Source: Eledone cirrhosa (lineage: Eukaryota). Taken from it: a stretch of 64,000 nucleotides of DNA. A program made the translations under genes and the position numbers. Positions 13,817 to 26,773 of the stretch are shown one piece after another. Each line of letters opens with the position of its first letter. The stretch's first letter is position 1. The notes beneath the pieces were generated by a model. It had not been told where the DNA came from and ran no database searches. It saw only the letters and a list, made by a program, of their open reading frames with translations. Where the stretch lies: contig OZ024744.1 in NCBI GenBank assembly GCA_964016885.1, forward strand, positions 43,462,001-43,526,000, given 5' to 3'.

Positions 13817-13889
<73 letters not shown>
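13817..13889. repeat. (TA)n microsatellite
   Basis: Pure TA run. Confidence 0.95.
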
Positions 13890-13892
<3 letters not shown>

Positions 13893-14199
13893 AATACAAT
13901 ATCGGAGAAAGCTTTTTAGCGATACTCCGTCCAAATTCCAACTCACTCAACAAACATTAGGAAATAAGTGATTATATTCTCAATTATGCGTTCGGGGTGC
14001 TAACTAAAAGTATTGCGTGGAAAATTGGCTGTATTATTTCATATGAGACATATCTAATATATCTCTTCCCAGACGGACGTCTCGTTTCATTATAGGAATC
14101 CTACAATTTGGGTGAAATTATACCAATTTATGTAGGAGCTTGTATACCATCAATAGATATATATTCAAGTGGGCTACTATAATTCATCAGTGGGTGCCC

Positions 14200-14202
<3 letters not shown>
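13890..14202 (-). mobile_element. Solo pseudo-LTR / retrozyme-like unit between (TA)n tracts
   Basis: ~310-bp non-coding unit flanked by TA repeats on both sides and containing a canonical HHR. Confidence 0.65.
14068..14194 (-). ncRNA. Type I hammerhead ribozyme, canonical core
   Basis: Minus strand: CCCA-CTGATGA-ATTATAG...CTATAAT-GAAA-CGAGACGTCC-GTC-TGGG; 4-bp stem I, 7-bp stem II base with two internal hairpins, GUC site. Confidence 0.85.
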
Positions 14203-14236
<34 letters not shown>

Positions 14237-14240
<4 letters not shown>

Positions 14241-14704
14241 TCATGGAAGTTAGGATGCGTCCATAGGCGGTATGCCGGTTGAGCACTCTATGCCCCTACT
14301 GAGCAGAGTATGATAGAATGGAAAACGAAGAATCAGTGATGCATCGGAACTCAATTTATTACGTATTACAATTGTTTCCCCGGCGAACACCTCGAGGTGC
14401 GATGTGTGTGTGGATCCAACCTCCGCCTTTCGAGATTTTTTTCACTGCTACAAGGGATTCAACCCCTTTCTTGACCGGTGTATCACGTGGTAATCTCTCG
14501 CTCCGTTTTTTGAGATTTTCTCACTTGCTGCTAACATGACTGGAAAGTGCTCTCTCCCTGAGAAGTTCCTTGAGAAGCTGGTTTGCCTCCCAACGATATT
14601 GCACTTCTATAATGTAAAAGTGTTGCAAATTGACCAACGAAACTGTACAGTCGGGATTTTGAAGAAAAAATAGGTATATGTCTGTGCCTATTACTTCTTA
14701 CTTT
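14237..14704 (-). mobile_element. Possible LTR fragment
   Basis: On minus it ends ...ccatgagaCA at a TA tract, with AATAAA ~120 bp upstream (14355-60); the other end abuts a Dong fragment; no TSD visible. Confidence 0.25.
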
Positions 14705-15689
14705 AATGGAAAACACAGAAAAAGCAAAGCAGGTAAAAGTAACTGCAAAGAAAGAACTGCTACAGAAACTGGCTAATAAATGGCAAGAAAAGCCTCTGTA
14801 TGGAAAATACCCAGAACGAGCTAACAATCCTGATGTTGACTAAACTTTAACCCATCAGTGGTTGGCCTCCTCTGGACTGTAATCGGAGACTGAAGGACTG
14901 ATTATATCAGCACAAGATCAGTGTCTGCCAACAAAAAATTACGAAGCCAACATAATAAAAAATGGATGCAACCCATTATGCCGTGTATGTAAAAAACAAC
15001 CAGAGACCATTGATCATATAATTTCAATGTGCAGGCCTATAGCTCCAACCGAATACCTAAACAGGCATGACAGAGCTGCACAATATATACATTGGATAAT
15101 GTGTAAGCATTTTGACCTGCCCCATCAAAAGAATTGGTGGGAGCAATAGATAACATCTCAATCTTGTGGAACTTTAGCATCCAAACAGACCGAAAAATAG
15201 ATGCAAATAGAACTGATATAATACTGAAGGACTTTAAAAAGAGGGTATGCCTGCTAATTGATATGTCCGTTCCAATAGACAAGAATGTATCTATAAAAAC
15301 ATTTGAAAAATTGAGCAAGTATAAGGACCTGGAGATAGAAATTGGAAAAATGTGGAAATTGAGAACTAAAACAATACCAGTGGTTGTAGGCGCTCTGTGA
15401 ATGATACCTAAGGGGTCTAATGATTACTTATCGCAAATCCCAGGAAACCCGCGTATAGGAGAAGTACAAAAGATAGTACTAATGGGAACTGCCCATATAC
15501 TAAGGAAGATTCTGTCAATATAAGTACATCACAAGTCTAAACACCTAAAGATGCATGTGTGTGTATGTATGTTCTTTCTTGAACATGGCGGACCTTGTTG
15601 TCTCTTGAGGTCACTGGTTGTGACTTGGTGATAGCTCGTATGAACATAAAGCAAGATAAATGCAAATAATAATAATAATAATAATAATA
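14705..15689 (+). mobile_element. 3' fragment of R4/Dong family A with (AAT)n tail
   Basis: Aligns to ~19809-20790 (CCHC, RHD, RLE region, 3'UTR); in-frame stops and a small deletion. Confidence 0.92.
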
Positions 15690-16471
15690 TTCAAATATTC
15701 AAATATTCAACTTTGTATTGTACATTGTATATTCAAAAAAGAAAATGGCTATAAATGGAAGAAGAACCCCCCCCCCTCCTCTGTCTACGCTATATAGAAC
15801 AGCCAAACAACACCAGAAACTAGATACAACACCTACCCCATCACCTCTCTGTGTACACTAAACACAACAGCCAGATAACGGCAATTTCACCACCACCACT
15901 CACTACTGCCATCATTACCACCACTATCCCATCACCGCCGCCACCACTCCTTCATTGCTACCACCGCTACAACACCATCACTACAGTAATATGATCACGT
16001 CACCACCACCACTGCCTCGGTATCGACATCACCACCACCACTGTCTCAGTATCGATACCGCCGCTACTGTCTCCCATATCTCCCCGCCGCCACCACTCCT
16101 TCAATGCTACCACTACTATTCCCCTGTTAACTTGAGAGAGAAAGGGGAAGGTGGCGGTATCACTAGACAAGGGAGAGGCTAGCAAAAGATATAAATAGAT
16201 TGACTTAGTGACCTGGCCAAGGCCAAACGACGATATCAACAAATATGGGACTGCTGGCTCACCCCTTCCTCACCAACAATATAAAAAGCCCCGGCACCAC
16301 CACCGACATAGCCAACAACAATAACAGCCAACTACAACAAAAAGTATATTATATTATTGTAATGCACTGGGTGATTGCTGGCCTTGTGCCTGGAGTGGAG
16401 ACAATTATTAATAATTTCATTCTTAAGCCACGCAATGCTCACATTAAGGAACCACTCATGATAATAACAAT

Positions 16472-19400
16472 TTAAAAAAAAACAACAAAAAGAAAACCCC
16501 GTGACCAAAAAATACCGGGATGGCGGCCGGCGGGGAATAACCGTGTCTCTAGGGGAGAACGACCCCTCTAGTCTTGGTTGACACTCGTTCTAGAAGTCGT
16601 AACACGAAATGATTACCTCTTGGCGGATAAGGATAAAACGCGAAAAAATAAAGTAAATGTCTAATGATAAAATCTCATACCGGATCGGCCGTCACCCGGG
16701 TAAAAAAGGGCCGCGTCGCTCAGAGAGGAACCAGACTGGGGTCGAAAAATCAGCTAATGGTTCAAACCCTCCCATCACTTCGGAGCTGGAGACCTCCCAT
16801 AACCGGAATACTCCTACTGTTGGCCCTCCATGCTCACCACCAAGAAATCCAAAGAAAAAGAGAGAAAAATGGTCAAGGGAAGATAATAAAGAAGTATTGA
16901 GGCTTTCTACACTGCCATGTACTTACCCATCAAATACATCGAATACAGAACAGACATATATCAACTGGAAAAAGAAACATCCCGAAAACAGAGGCTATAT
17001 TGACAGTAACAAACTAGCCAATATACGAAGAAATATTGTAAGAAAAAGGTTACTAACTGATATAGAAATTGATCAGATCAAGCTATTAGCACAAAGTCAG
17101 CGAAGGGAAAATGAAACATGTGTCAGTGAAAACGAGGTAAACTGTAACACTTCGAATCCCAGGGTTGGGGCGGAATCACTGGCATCAGAACAAATTAAAG
17201 AAAGGATCGAAAAAGTGGAGGGAGTGCATGCTCAGGATGAAACTCCAAATGAAAATAATGAGATCGTAAATGATAAAGAAATGAATGAGAACGAACTTGC
17301 CAACTTGAAGGATGAAATTATGATCGAATGGATGAAAATGAAAGAATCTGACATGGGGCAACGAGACACCCTCCCTAAGATCCAGAACTCCAAACAGAAC
17401 CAAAAGATAATACACAAGACTAACATAATTCTCAAAAACATTATCATCACAAACAAACTAAACATTACTGATTTAAATCATCTCTATTATGCATCGGCTA
17501 AAGTTACCACTCACTTATGTGGAGTGAAGATGAAAAAACAAAGGAATTCCCACAAGAAATCTACTTGGCAAGAGAACATCAATCGCCAAATAAACCTTCT
17601 TCGATCTGACATAGAAATTTTAACAAACTATAAAGTAGGTGAACATGTTAAACAAACTAAACTTAGAAAATTGAAAAAAAAGTACAGTATAAAATCAACA
17701 TGTGACATAGACATGCTGATAGAAATAATCAAGCAAAAAGTGTCGGCCAAAGCTGCTCGTATAAGGCGCTTTGAAAAACGATCTAGATTCTATAAGGACA
17801 ATAATATGTTCAAAAACAACCAAAGAAACTTCTACAGAAAAATTGGTAAGTCACCAATAACTGCTAAATCAATACCACCCAAGGAGGAAGTGCAAGAATT
17901 CTGGGAAAAGATCCGGGCCAAAGAAAAAGTTCATAACATACATGCCCCATGGATAGACAGACAAATGAAAGATACAGCTCACCTTGAGGAACAAACATGG
18001 GAAAATATAACAGTTGAACAGTTGCGCTTGGCTCTAAGAAAAACCAGCAAGTGGAAATCCCCAGGAAAAGACAAAATACAAAACTTTTGGATAAATGCCT
18101 TCACAGAGTCTCATGAGCTGTTAGCCCAACTTTACAATGAAATAGTTAAGGAGCCAGAAAAGATACCTTCATGGCTAGTTAACGGCATTACATTCCTGCT
18201 TCCGAAGAATGATGAGACAAACAATTCCAAACATTACAGACCGATAACTTGCTTGACCACAATGTATAAAATTTTAACATCAGTCCTAACTGAATACACA
18301 TATGACCACCTGATAACAAATGACCTATTTCCCATTGAGCAGAAAGGGTGTAAACGAGGCTCATATGGCTGTAAGGATCAGCTTCTGGTTAACAAAATGA
18401 TACTGGAAGATTGTCATAATAGACACAAAAATCTATCGATTGCTTGGATAGATTATAAAAAAGCATTTGATAGTTTGCCACACAGTTGGATTGAAAAATG
18501 TTTAGAGATTTTCAAAGTATCCCCCGTTGTCAGGAGGTTTTTGTCATTCAGTATGAAGACATGGAAAACGACACTCCTTTTGAATAGTGAAACAAAATCA
18601 CTGGAAGCTGGAGAAGTTAATATTAATTGTGGAATTTTTCAGGGTGACTCTTTATCACCGCTTTTATTCTGCATCGCACTTATACCATTAAGTAAAATGC
18701 TCAATGAAACAAAACATGGATATAAAGTCTATGACAAAACCATTAATCACCTGTTCTACATGGATGACCTGAAACTATTTGCAAAAAATGATGAACAATT
18801 GCAAGGGCTTATAGCGAGAATACTGGGTTGTATGAATGTAACAAGGAATACATTGTTTGTGTGTATAATATTTAATTAACAATGGTAGATAGTATTTTTG
18901 ACATGTCAAAGGAATAGATGTTAGAATGAAGCAAAGTTAGTAGTTACCGTTTTGATTGCCAGGCAAACGCGGCTGGCAGAGGACGCCTGGCTAAGGCCAG
19001 GCGCCTGTTGGCCAAATGAATGGCAGAGCCAAATGTGAGGCTCTTGACCTGGTGCCGAAAAGGCAATGAGAGAAAGAGAGCTTAAAGTTGTTAGTTTTAT
19101 AGGGCTCTGACCGGAAGTTACAGAAAGGGCCCCACTTCCCGTCCAGACGTTAATCCAAACAAGGGAGACAACCGCTACAGGCTATTATCCACTGTGAAGC
19201 AGTTCAGTGATGATATTAAAATGGAGTTTGGACTAGATAAATGCGCCAAAGCAACGTTCACCAGAGGAAAGCTGCTGAAGTGTTAAGACATTAATCTTGA
19301 TCGGGGGAACGTGATAAGAGAACTTGATCAAGAAAAAACTTACAAATATCTAGGTGTTTGCGAAGGAGACGGAATCAAGCACTCGACAATGAGGGAAAGG

Positions 19401-20792
19401 ATAAGGAAGGAATGTTACCGCAGAGTAAGAGCAATCTTAAGAACGGAATTGAATGCAAGGAATAGGATCGATGCCATAAACACGCTTGCCATACCAGTAG
19501 TAACCTACAGTTACAATGTCATCAACTGGTCAAGCACAGAGATCCGTAGGCTCGATACAAAAATTCGAAAGTTCTTAACCATGCACAGAATGCATCACCC
19601 TAAAGCAGATATAGATAGAATATATCTCCCTAGGAAAGAAGGAGGACGTGGGTTAATCCAGTTAGACATTGCGTTGAAAACTGCAACAATTGGATTATCT
19701 ACATATCTAAGGGAAACACGAAAGCATCAAAAGATCATATTCCATTACAAAAGATGCACAAAGATACAGTAATGGACTACAAATTTCAGAAGTCCCATTT
19801 ACTGCTGAAATGGAAAACACAGAAAAAGCAAAGCAGGTAAAAGTAACTGCAAAGAAAGAACTGCTACAGAAACTGGCTAAGAAATGGCAAGAAAAGCCTC
19901 TGTATGGAAAATACCCAGAGCGAGCTAACAATCCTGATGTTGACAAAACTTTAACCCATCAGTGGTTGGCATCCTCTGGACTGAAATCGGAGACTGAAGG
20001 ACTGATTATATCGGCACAAGATCAGTGTCTGCCAACAAAAAATTACCAAGCCAACAAAATAAAAAATGGGTGCAGCCCATTATGCCGTGTATGCAAAAAA
20101 CAACCAGAGACCATTGACCATATAATTTCAATGTGCAGGCCTATAGCTCCAACCGAATACCTAAACAGGCATGACAGAGCTGCACAATACATACATTGGA
20201 TAATGTGTAAGCATTTTGACCTGCCCCATCAAAAGAATTGGTGGGAGCATCAACCACCTCCCATACTTGAAAAAGATCACATCTCAATCTTGTGGAACTT
20301 TAGCATCCAAACAGACCGAAAAATAGATGCAAACAGACCTGATATAATATTGAAATACTTTCAAAAGAGGGTATGCCTGCTAATTGATATGTCTGTTCCA
20401 ATAGACAAGAATGTATCTATAAAAACATTTGAAAAATTGAGCAAGTATAAGGACCTGGAGATAGAAATTGGAAAAATGTGGAAATTGAGAACTAAAACAA
20501 TACCAGTGGTTGTAGGCGCTCTGGGGATGATACCTAAGGGGTCTAATGATTACATATCGCAAATCCCAGGAAACCCGCGTATAGGAGAAATACAAAAGAT
20601 AGTACTAATGGGAACTGCCCATATACTAAGGAAGATTCTGTCAATATAAGTACATCACAAGTCTAAACACTAAAGATGCATGTGTGAATATGTATGTTCT
20701 TTCTTGAACATGGCGGACCTTGTTGTCTCTTGAGGTCACTGGTTGTGACTTGGTGATAACTCGTATGAACATAAAGCAAGATAAATGCAACA

Positions 20793-20794
<2 letters not shown>
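16472..20794 (+). mobile_element. Near full-length R4/Dong-type non-LTR retrotransposon, family A copy 1 (interrupted, defective)
   Basis: ORF pieces 16657-18809, ~19184-19772 and 19810-20649: YRPITCL, WIDYKKAFDS, GIFQGDSLSP, YMDDLKL, CRVCKKQPETIDHIISMC, RHD, RPDII...IDMSVP..K..KY; ends in (AAT)n; 5' boundary approximate. Confidence 0.92.
18810..19179 (-). mobile_element. 370-bp solo LTR inserted in the Dong-A RT domain
   Basis: 4-bp TSD GGCT (18806-09 / 19180-83); empty site caagggctatt at ~35393-35403; termini TGTAGCG...CGCTATA on minus; TATAAAA at 19095-101 and ATTAAA near 18871 on minus. Confidence 0.85.

Positions 20795-20845
<51 letters not shown>
20795..20845. repeat. (AAT)n junction between Dong-A 3' end and Tx1 3' end
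   Basis: Pure AAT run. Confidence 0.95.
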
Positions 20846-20846
<1 letters not shown>

Positions 20847-23800
20847 TTTTCTTTATTAACCACAAGGGTTTACATAAAGTAGACATTAAGGACAGTACAG
20901 GACAATACAGGACGGTACAAATGGGCATTTCTGCGTGTAAAAAAAACAGAGGATGTAATAAAATAACAAAGAAAGATCCCCAATAGGGGGGAACTTCCGA
21001 GGGACATTTGTGGAGAAAGCCCATTAAAAGACCACAGTGGCCCTGACCACCAGGGCAAGTGCCCTCTCCCAGTTTTCCACCTTTAATTTACAGACACATA
21101 CTCAGAGTAGGCCCATTCACTCGGGCCCATACTTGCCTCTCTCACCCATCTTTCAACAAAATGCTGGGAAGAGAGCACTTCCCTCTCTACCCTGATTTTC
21201 CTTTTCAAATGAAATTTGAAAAAGTTAATCAGGGTATCACCGAAGAGGTAAGTGCTCGTCTTCAGCCCTTTCAAACGTGTCCACCATACTATCTCTTTCG
21301 CCATGGCCACCAGACAGATAAAAACTGCCTGCCCTTCCCGGCTGAAAGAAGAGGGTGGGGAAATCCTCACGATGGACTCAGCTAATAGCTGGATCCGTCC
21401 TACACGTGACAGCAGGTGTTCGACATAAACCCACAAGTCAGCAATGCTCGGACACTGGACGAGTGCGTGCAGGACGGTTTCGTCGCCCTGCGCGCATCTC
21501 GGACATGCCCGACTGACGGCACCTCTATGCCTGTAGAGTTTATCCCGAACTGGCAAAGCTCCCCGGTAGCACTGCCAGGTCAGGGATTTCTGGAAGTTGT
21601 CCATAGGCCCCGGCCCGAAAGTTCTTCCGAAGAGATTGGCTAGTTGATTTTCGTCGACGCCTAGAGTTTCTCCAAGTACGTCGTCGCTCTTCCCCTCCAC
21701 TAATCCTCTATAGAACGCCAAGGGGTAGTTTCCACCGATCACATTGCCCGATTGGTCGAGGGCTGTGAGCGCCTGAAAACATTCCAGTCTACAAGCGCTC
21801 CCTCTCGGTCTTCGCTTGACCCAGGACTGCAGCTCCGTCAAGGAGACGAGCTGGGGAAAGACGTCTCTAGCTAACGGCGACCACACCTGATCACCGTCAA
21901 GGAAGAGGTGGTGATGTCGTAGCCTGAGCGCGTGTCTGCGCATCATCAGCCACGGCATGCCCAGCCCTCCATGTAGCGGGTGTTGACAGCAGATGGACCG
22001 CCTGACCATCGGAGCGCGTCCCTTCCACAAAAAGCGAAAGAGCAAACGCTCCAGCGCAGTCAGACGGGGCTTAGGACAAGGTACGACGGTCAGGCGGTAG
22101 TAGATGACGGACGCGATGTACGCGTTAGCCACCTCCGCTCGACCTTTCAGGGATAGCTTCCTCTCCGCCCATTTTTGAGTGAGAGAAGCCACCCTGCTCG
22201 TCATCTCGTCCCAGTTTTTGTCCGTCTGGAGGTCCGGACCGAACCAGACCCCTAGCAATTTAACCGGTCTGTCCATCCAGCGTCCGACGACGCTGTTGGA
22301 CGGCATGGACCTGCCTCTCCAGGTGCCGAGCTGCAGGCCCACTGACTTTTCCTGGTTGATCATTGCTCCTGTCACCGCTTCGTATTCTCTTAGTGTAGTG
22401 CCGATCGCCTCGATGTGTTTGGCGTTCGACACCACTACGGTGACATCGTCCGCATATGCTGACACGGATCTTCCGCATCCTAGTTCGCGCGGGACGTACC
22501 TCAACGTCTCCAGTTTGTGCAGTAATGGCTCGAGAGTCAATACGTACAAGAGGGACGAGAGGGGACATCCTTGGCGGACCGAGCGCATGATGTTGAACGG
22601 TTCCGAAAGGTGACCGTTCACTCTCACCACAGAGCAGATGTCGCTGTGGATGGCAGCGATCCAGCCTCTGAAGACGGGCCCAAAGCTAGCTGCCCTCAGG
22701 ACTGCCGCTAGGTAACGATGGTCGACCCTATCGAAAGCTTTCGACTGATCTAAATTTATCAAGGATCCACCCTTGCCAGGTTCCCAAGCTACCCTCTCTA
22801 CGATGTATCGCATGAGGTGGAGGTTGTCGTGGATGGATCTGTCGGGAATGGCGCATGTATGCGCCTCTCCCACCAGACCACCAACGACAAGCGCTAACCT
22901 CTTTGCTAGCACCTTGGCCAAAATCTTGAACTCTGTGTTTAGCAGAGTTATGGGCCTAAAATTATCTATGTTATCCCCCTTGTTCGGATCCTTTCTCAGC
23001 AGTGCCACCGCACCTCGGCTTATAGAGCTGGGAATTCTCCCGTTCTGTTGCAAGTTGCAGTAGACGTCCGCGAAGAGGCCTCCGAACAAGTCTGGCATCT
23101 GTACGTAAAGTTCATAGGGCAGACCATCCAAACCAGGCGATTTACCCCTTGTGCAGCCAGTCATTGGCTCCCTTACTTCAGCGGCTGTTATCGGCTTTTC
23201 GCAACACTCCGCTTCAGGGGCCGAGAGCCGCGGCAGTCCGTCGAGGTAGACACTAAAGTCCATCCCTCGACCCGGCCCACCGCTTCCCCCGAAAAGCTGA
23301 GCGAAGTGTCGCTGAAAGGCTTCAGACATTTGCCCGAGATCGAGTAACATGCGCCCGTCGTGGTCCACCAAAGACCGGATCGTGGCTTTGTTGCCACGAC
23401 GCGCCTCCGCCACTCGGGCCCATTGAACGGCTTTCTTCCCCTCGTGTATGAGAGCACGCACCCTAGCTCTGACAACGCAGCCTTCGTGCTTTGCATTGAA
23501 GAATTGGTCAAGGGCCAATTTCGCCACAAGCACGTCGGTCACGATGCCTTTGCTAAGAGCCTCGTATAATTTTCTAACTAGTTCTCCCTCTGCTCTATTT
23601 TTCTCTATTGCTAAAGCCTTACTAAACCTAATGGACTCTATTCTAATGGCTCTTTTCAGAGCAAACCACCACTTGTTGACGATGGCCCCCGTCAACGCCC
23701 GCTTAACTAGTTCGCTAATCCGGTCTCTGTAGGCCTTGCGTGCTGGTAAGGACGCGTTTAGCTTCCACTAGCCGGGTCCTCGTCTATGAAGCCTATCTAA

Positions 23801-26773
23801 GTCAAGCACACAGATCACGAATTTGTGGTCCGTGTAGCTGACTATCTTGAATTGTGGACAGCCTATGCTAGACCAATCTATTTCCCTACAAAATACTCTA
23901 TCTAGATATGATCTGGATGACCCTATGCGATTTGTCCAAGTCCACATTGGCACATTCGGGAAATCCAATCGGTACCTGCCAGACAGTTCAAAACGCCTAA
24001 GCATGTTGGTGAGGCTTTTGCACCCTCCCCCCCCTAGCCGCTAATCTTATACAGTCCCAGCGTGCATCTAAGATCCCGTTCCAGTCGCCCACTAACACTA
24101 AAGAGCGGGACGTTCCAAGAAAGGTCTCCAGACGCCGGAAGAAATCAGGCCGCCCTGCTCCTGTCGGGGCATGACGGCCACTAGCCTGAAAGCTTGCCCG
24201 TCTCCGCTGGTCACCTCCAGCACCACCAACTTACCCTCTGGGTCCAGGAAGATGGCCCGTATGGCAAGATCCAAACCTCTCCGAAAAAGCACAGCAACTC
24301 CTCCCCCCGATCCAGGACGGCTGGGAGATGCGTACACATCTTAGCCGCCGAAGATCGGTGTGAAGGCCCGTGCTTCGGAGATTCTGGTCTCGCTTATGGC
24401 CACTACATCTATGTTTAGTGACCTGAGGTCGTTGAGCAGGTGACCATGCTTCCATGACGACCCCAAGCACGCGCATTTATGTTGCCTATTCTGAGGGAGG
24501 TCATATTTAAAATAGAGTGGAAAAGATGGGAAAGACCACTTACCGTACTTTTCGTAGAGAAAGGATGGTTTTTCCATCCCTTTTCACTTGATCGTCTGGT
24601 GAAGGGACCGTTGAATCGTCCCTTCGGCTGGTCCTCGGCTCTTCTATGAGTATGTCCGAATATACTCTCCGGTTGAGAGTCCCTCCTAGGTCTCTGAAAT
24701 CACCAACTGCGTTGGGGAATTTCGTTTTAATGTTTGTGTATTGTTTCTGTGCTATTTTTAGCAGTCTTATGTTAGTTGGCGTTTTGATCGGTGCTGGTAT
24801 TATGTAGTCCTGTTGTGAAATGTCTGTGTGTTCAATTATGTAAGTCATTAGTTTCTTGTTGTGTATTTATTGCCGTGCATTTGTTTTTCTGGGGGTGGGG
24901 TGTAGTTCTGCTATTTTCTTGTCGTTGTTGCTGGGTGTGTGTGTTTTGTTGTTGTGTTTGCGATGTTGGTGCTTGTGGTGGTGGTGTTGAAGGTGTTGTT
25001 GGCGGTGGGGTTGTCGCCGGTGGTGATGGTGGTGCTAGTGTGGGTGGTGATGGTGTTGGTGGTGTTGCTGCTGTGGGTCTCTTTGCAGTAGACTTTACCC
25101 TTTTCTCATTTCTTTCCTCCCTTTTCGAAGGCGATGATGCGCTGCTTCTGCGTTTGTGCCTTCTTACGACCTTTTGCCATCCCTCTCCCACCTCACACTC
25201 CATGTCTGATTCTGTGAGGTCGGGGCGGGGTACCAGCTCCACTCTTTCACTTGTTGTTGTTGGTGATGTTTGCACTGGAGTCTCTGTTGCAGCTGCATTT
25301 GGTATTACTGTTGTTCTTGTTAATACTTCCACTGCTGCTGCTGCTGTTTTTGATTTCCGTGGCGTGGGTATGGGTGCCACGGACCTATCGTTCCTGGTTT
25401 CCGCTTGTCCTCTTGCTGATAGCCGTGGAGCCGGTTTCGGAAGGGGGAGGATTTTCTGCTTTCTCAGGGTCTTCTCTTTGCAGAAGGCCCTGAGGAGGTG
25501 AGTCTTCGATCCACAGCGAAAGCATTTCGGGCGTTTGCCCTCAACACTTATGGGCAGTTGAGTGCCGTTATCGAAGTCTATCACATCCGGGATAGCTTCG
25601 ATGCACTCCTGGTTGGTTTGGATTAACATCTCAATGGAAGTGCCGACTCAATCTTCTCGGAGGGGACGTGGGTCACTTTGACCCTCACAATTTTTTGCCC
25701 GCAGTAGGAGGGTACCAACACCATTTTCTCGTTCCTTAGGGTCACTAAGGATTGAGCCTTTGCCTCCTGGGGTGTGGCAAAAAGCACGTCTACGGTGGCA
25801 TATTTCTTGCCTCGGGTGATGTGCGTTTTCCGCTGCCACAGACCCTAAGGCTTTTTGTATTTGAGCCTCTGTGGCTCTTTCAACCCTACGGGATTTTGTG
25901 CTTACTGTACGGTACGTGACGGTACAGTGCTGTTGGGTTTCTAAAAAATGTTCAGCTGCCTTGCAGATTGCTCGGTGTCCGGTTTTTGTCACCATCTTCT
26001 TCGCTTCCTGTAATTCCTCATTTGTTATGAGGATGGTTTCCAGGTTCTTTGCGATAACTGCAAACGAGATTGGTTTTTCTTTGCTGCTGTTGTTGTTCTT
26101 GTTGTTGTCGTCAGAGCTGCTGTTAGTTTTGTTGTTGCTGCAGGTACTACGACTACTGCCGCTGTGGTTGTTGTTGCTGTTGCTGCTGCTGCTGCTGCTG
26201 CTGCTGTTGTTGTTGCTGCTAATGCTGTTGTTGTTTATGCTGCTGCTGATGCTGTTGCGGCTGCTACTGTTGTTTTCCTTGTCACTGTTGCTGCTGCTTC
26301 TGTTATTACAGCTGCTACTGCTATTATTCCTGACGTCAGACGAATGAAATGGGTTTTCGTATTTCCCGCACACCTTTTGCGTCGTTGTCGTCGTCGTCGT
26401 GGAGAAATCTTGCACGCTTTGCACGTGATTTTTCTTTTCTGGTGTCGCTTGCGAAAGAGAATGGAGGGAGAGAGACACATTTAGAGAAGGGAGGGAGAGA
26501 GACAATCTTCTCTCTGCTGTAGTGACGATTGAGGAAGAAGACAGAATGAGTGGGAGTGACCTATGAAAATTCTTTTTCGTAGCCATGTTTTTTTTTTGTT
26601 TAAAATAAATATTGGGCACAAAACCCCAATAAGCGGTTATTTAACTCCGAAGGGCCAAATAACGGGCAGAAAGACCCCTCTCACGAGGAGGAGGGTGTGT
26701 TTGTCTACAATTTGGTTAAAGTTTTAGACAATTTACAATTGTTATAGCGGTTAAAATTTACAATACCTTACAG

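Noticed and set aside
15880-16130. His/Pro-rich ORFs
   Set aside because: (CAC)-rich low-complexity DNA; no splice or domain support
16500-16656. HDV-like ribozyme in Dong 5'UTRs (GGCCGGC here; TCCTCG at ~30071)
   Set aside because: Could not build P1/P2/P3 pairings by eye
26670-26700. CTCCTCGTGAG in the Tx1 5'UTR as an HDV L3 loop
   Set aside because: Forms only a simple hairpin; no matching P1 or P2 partner found
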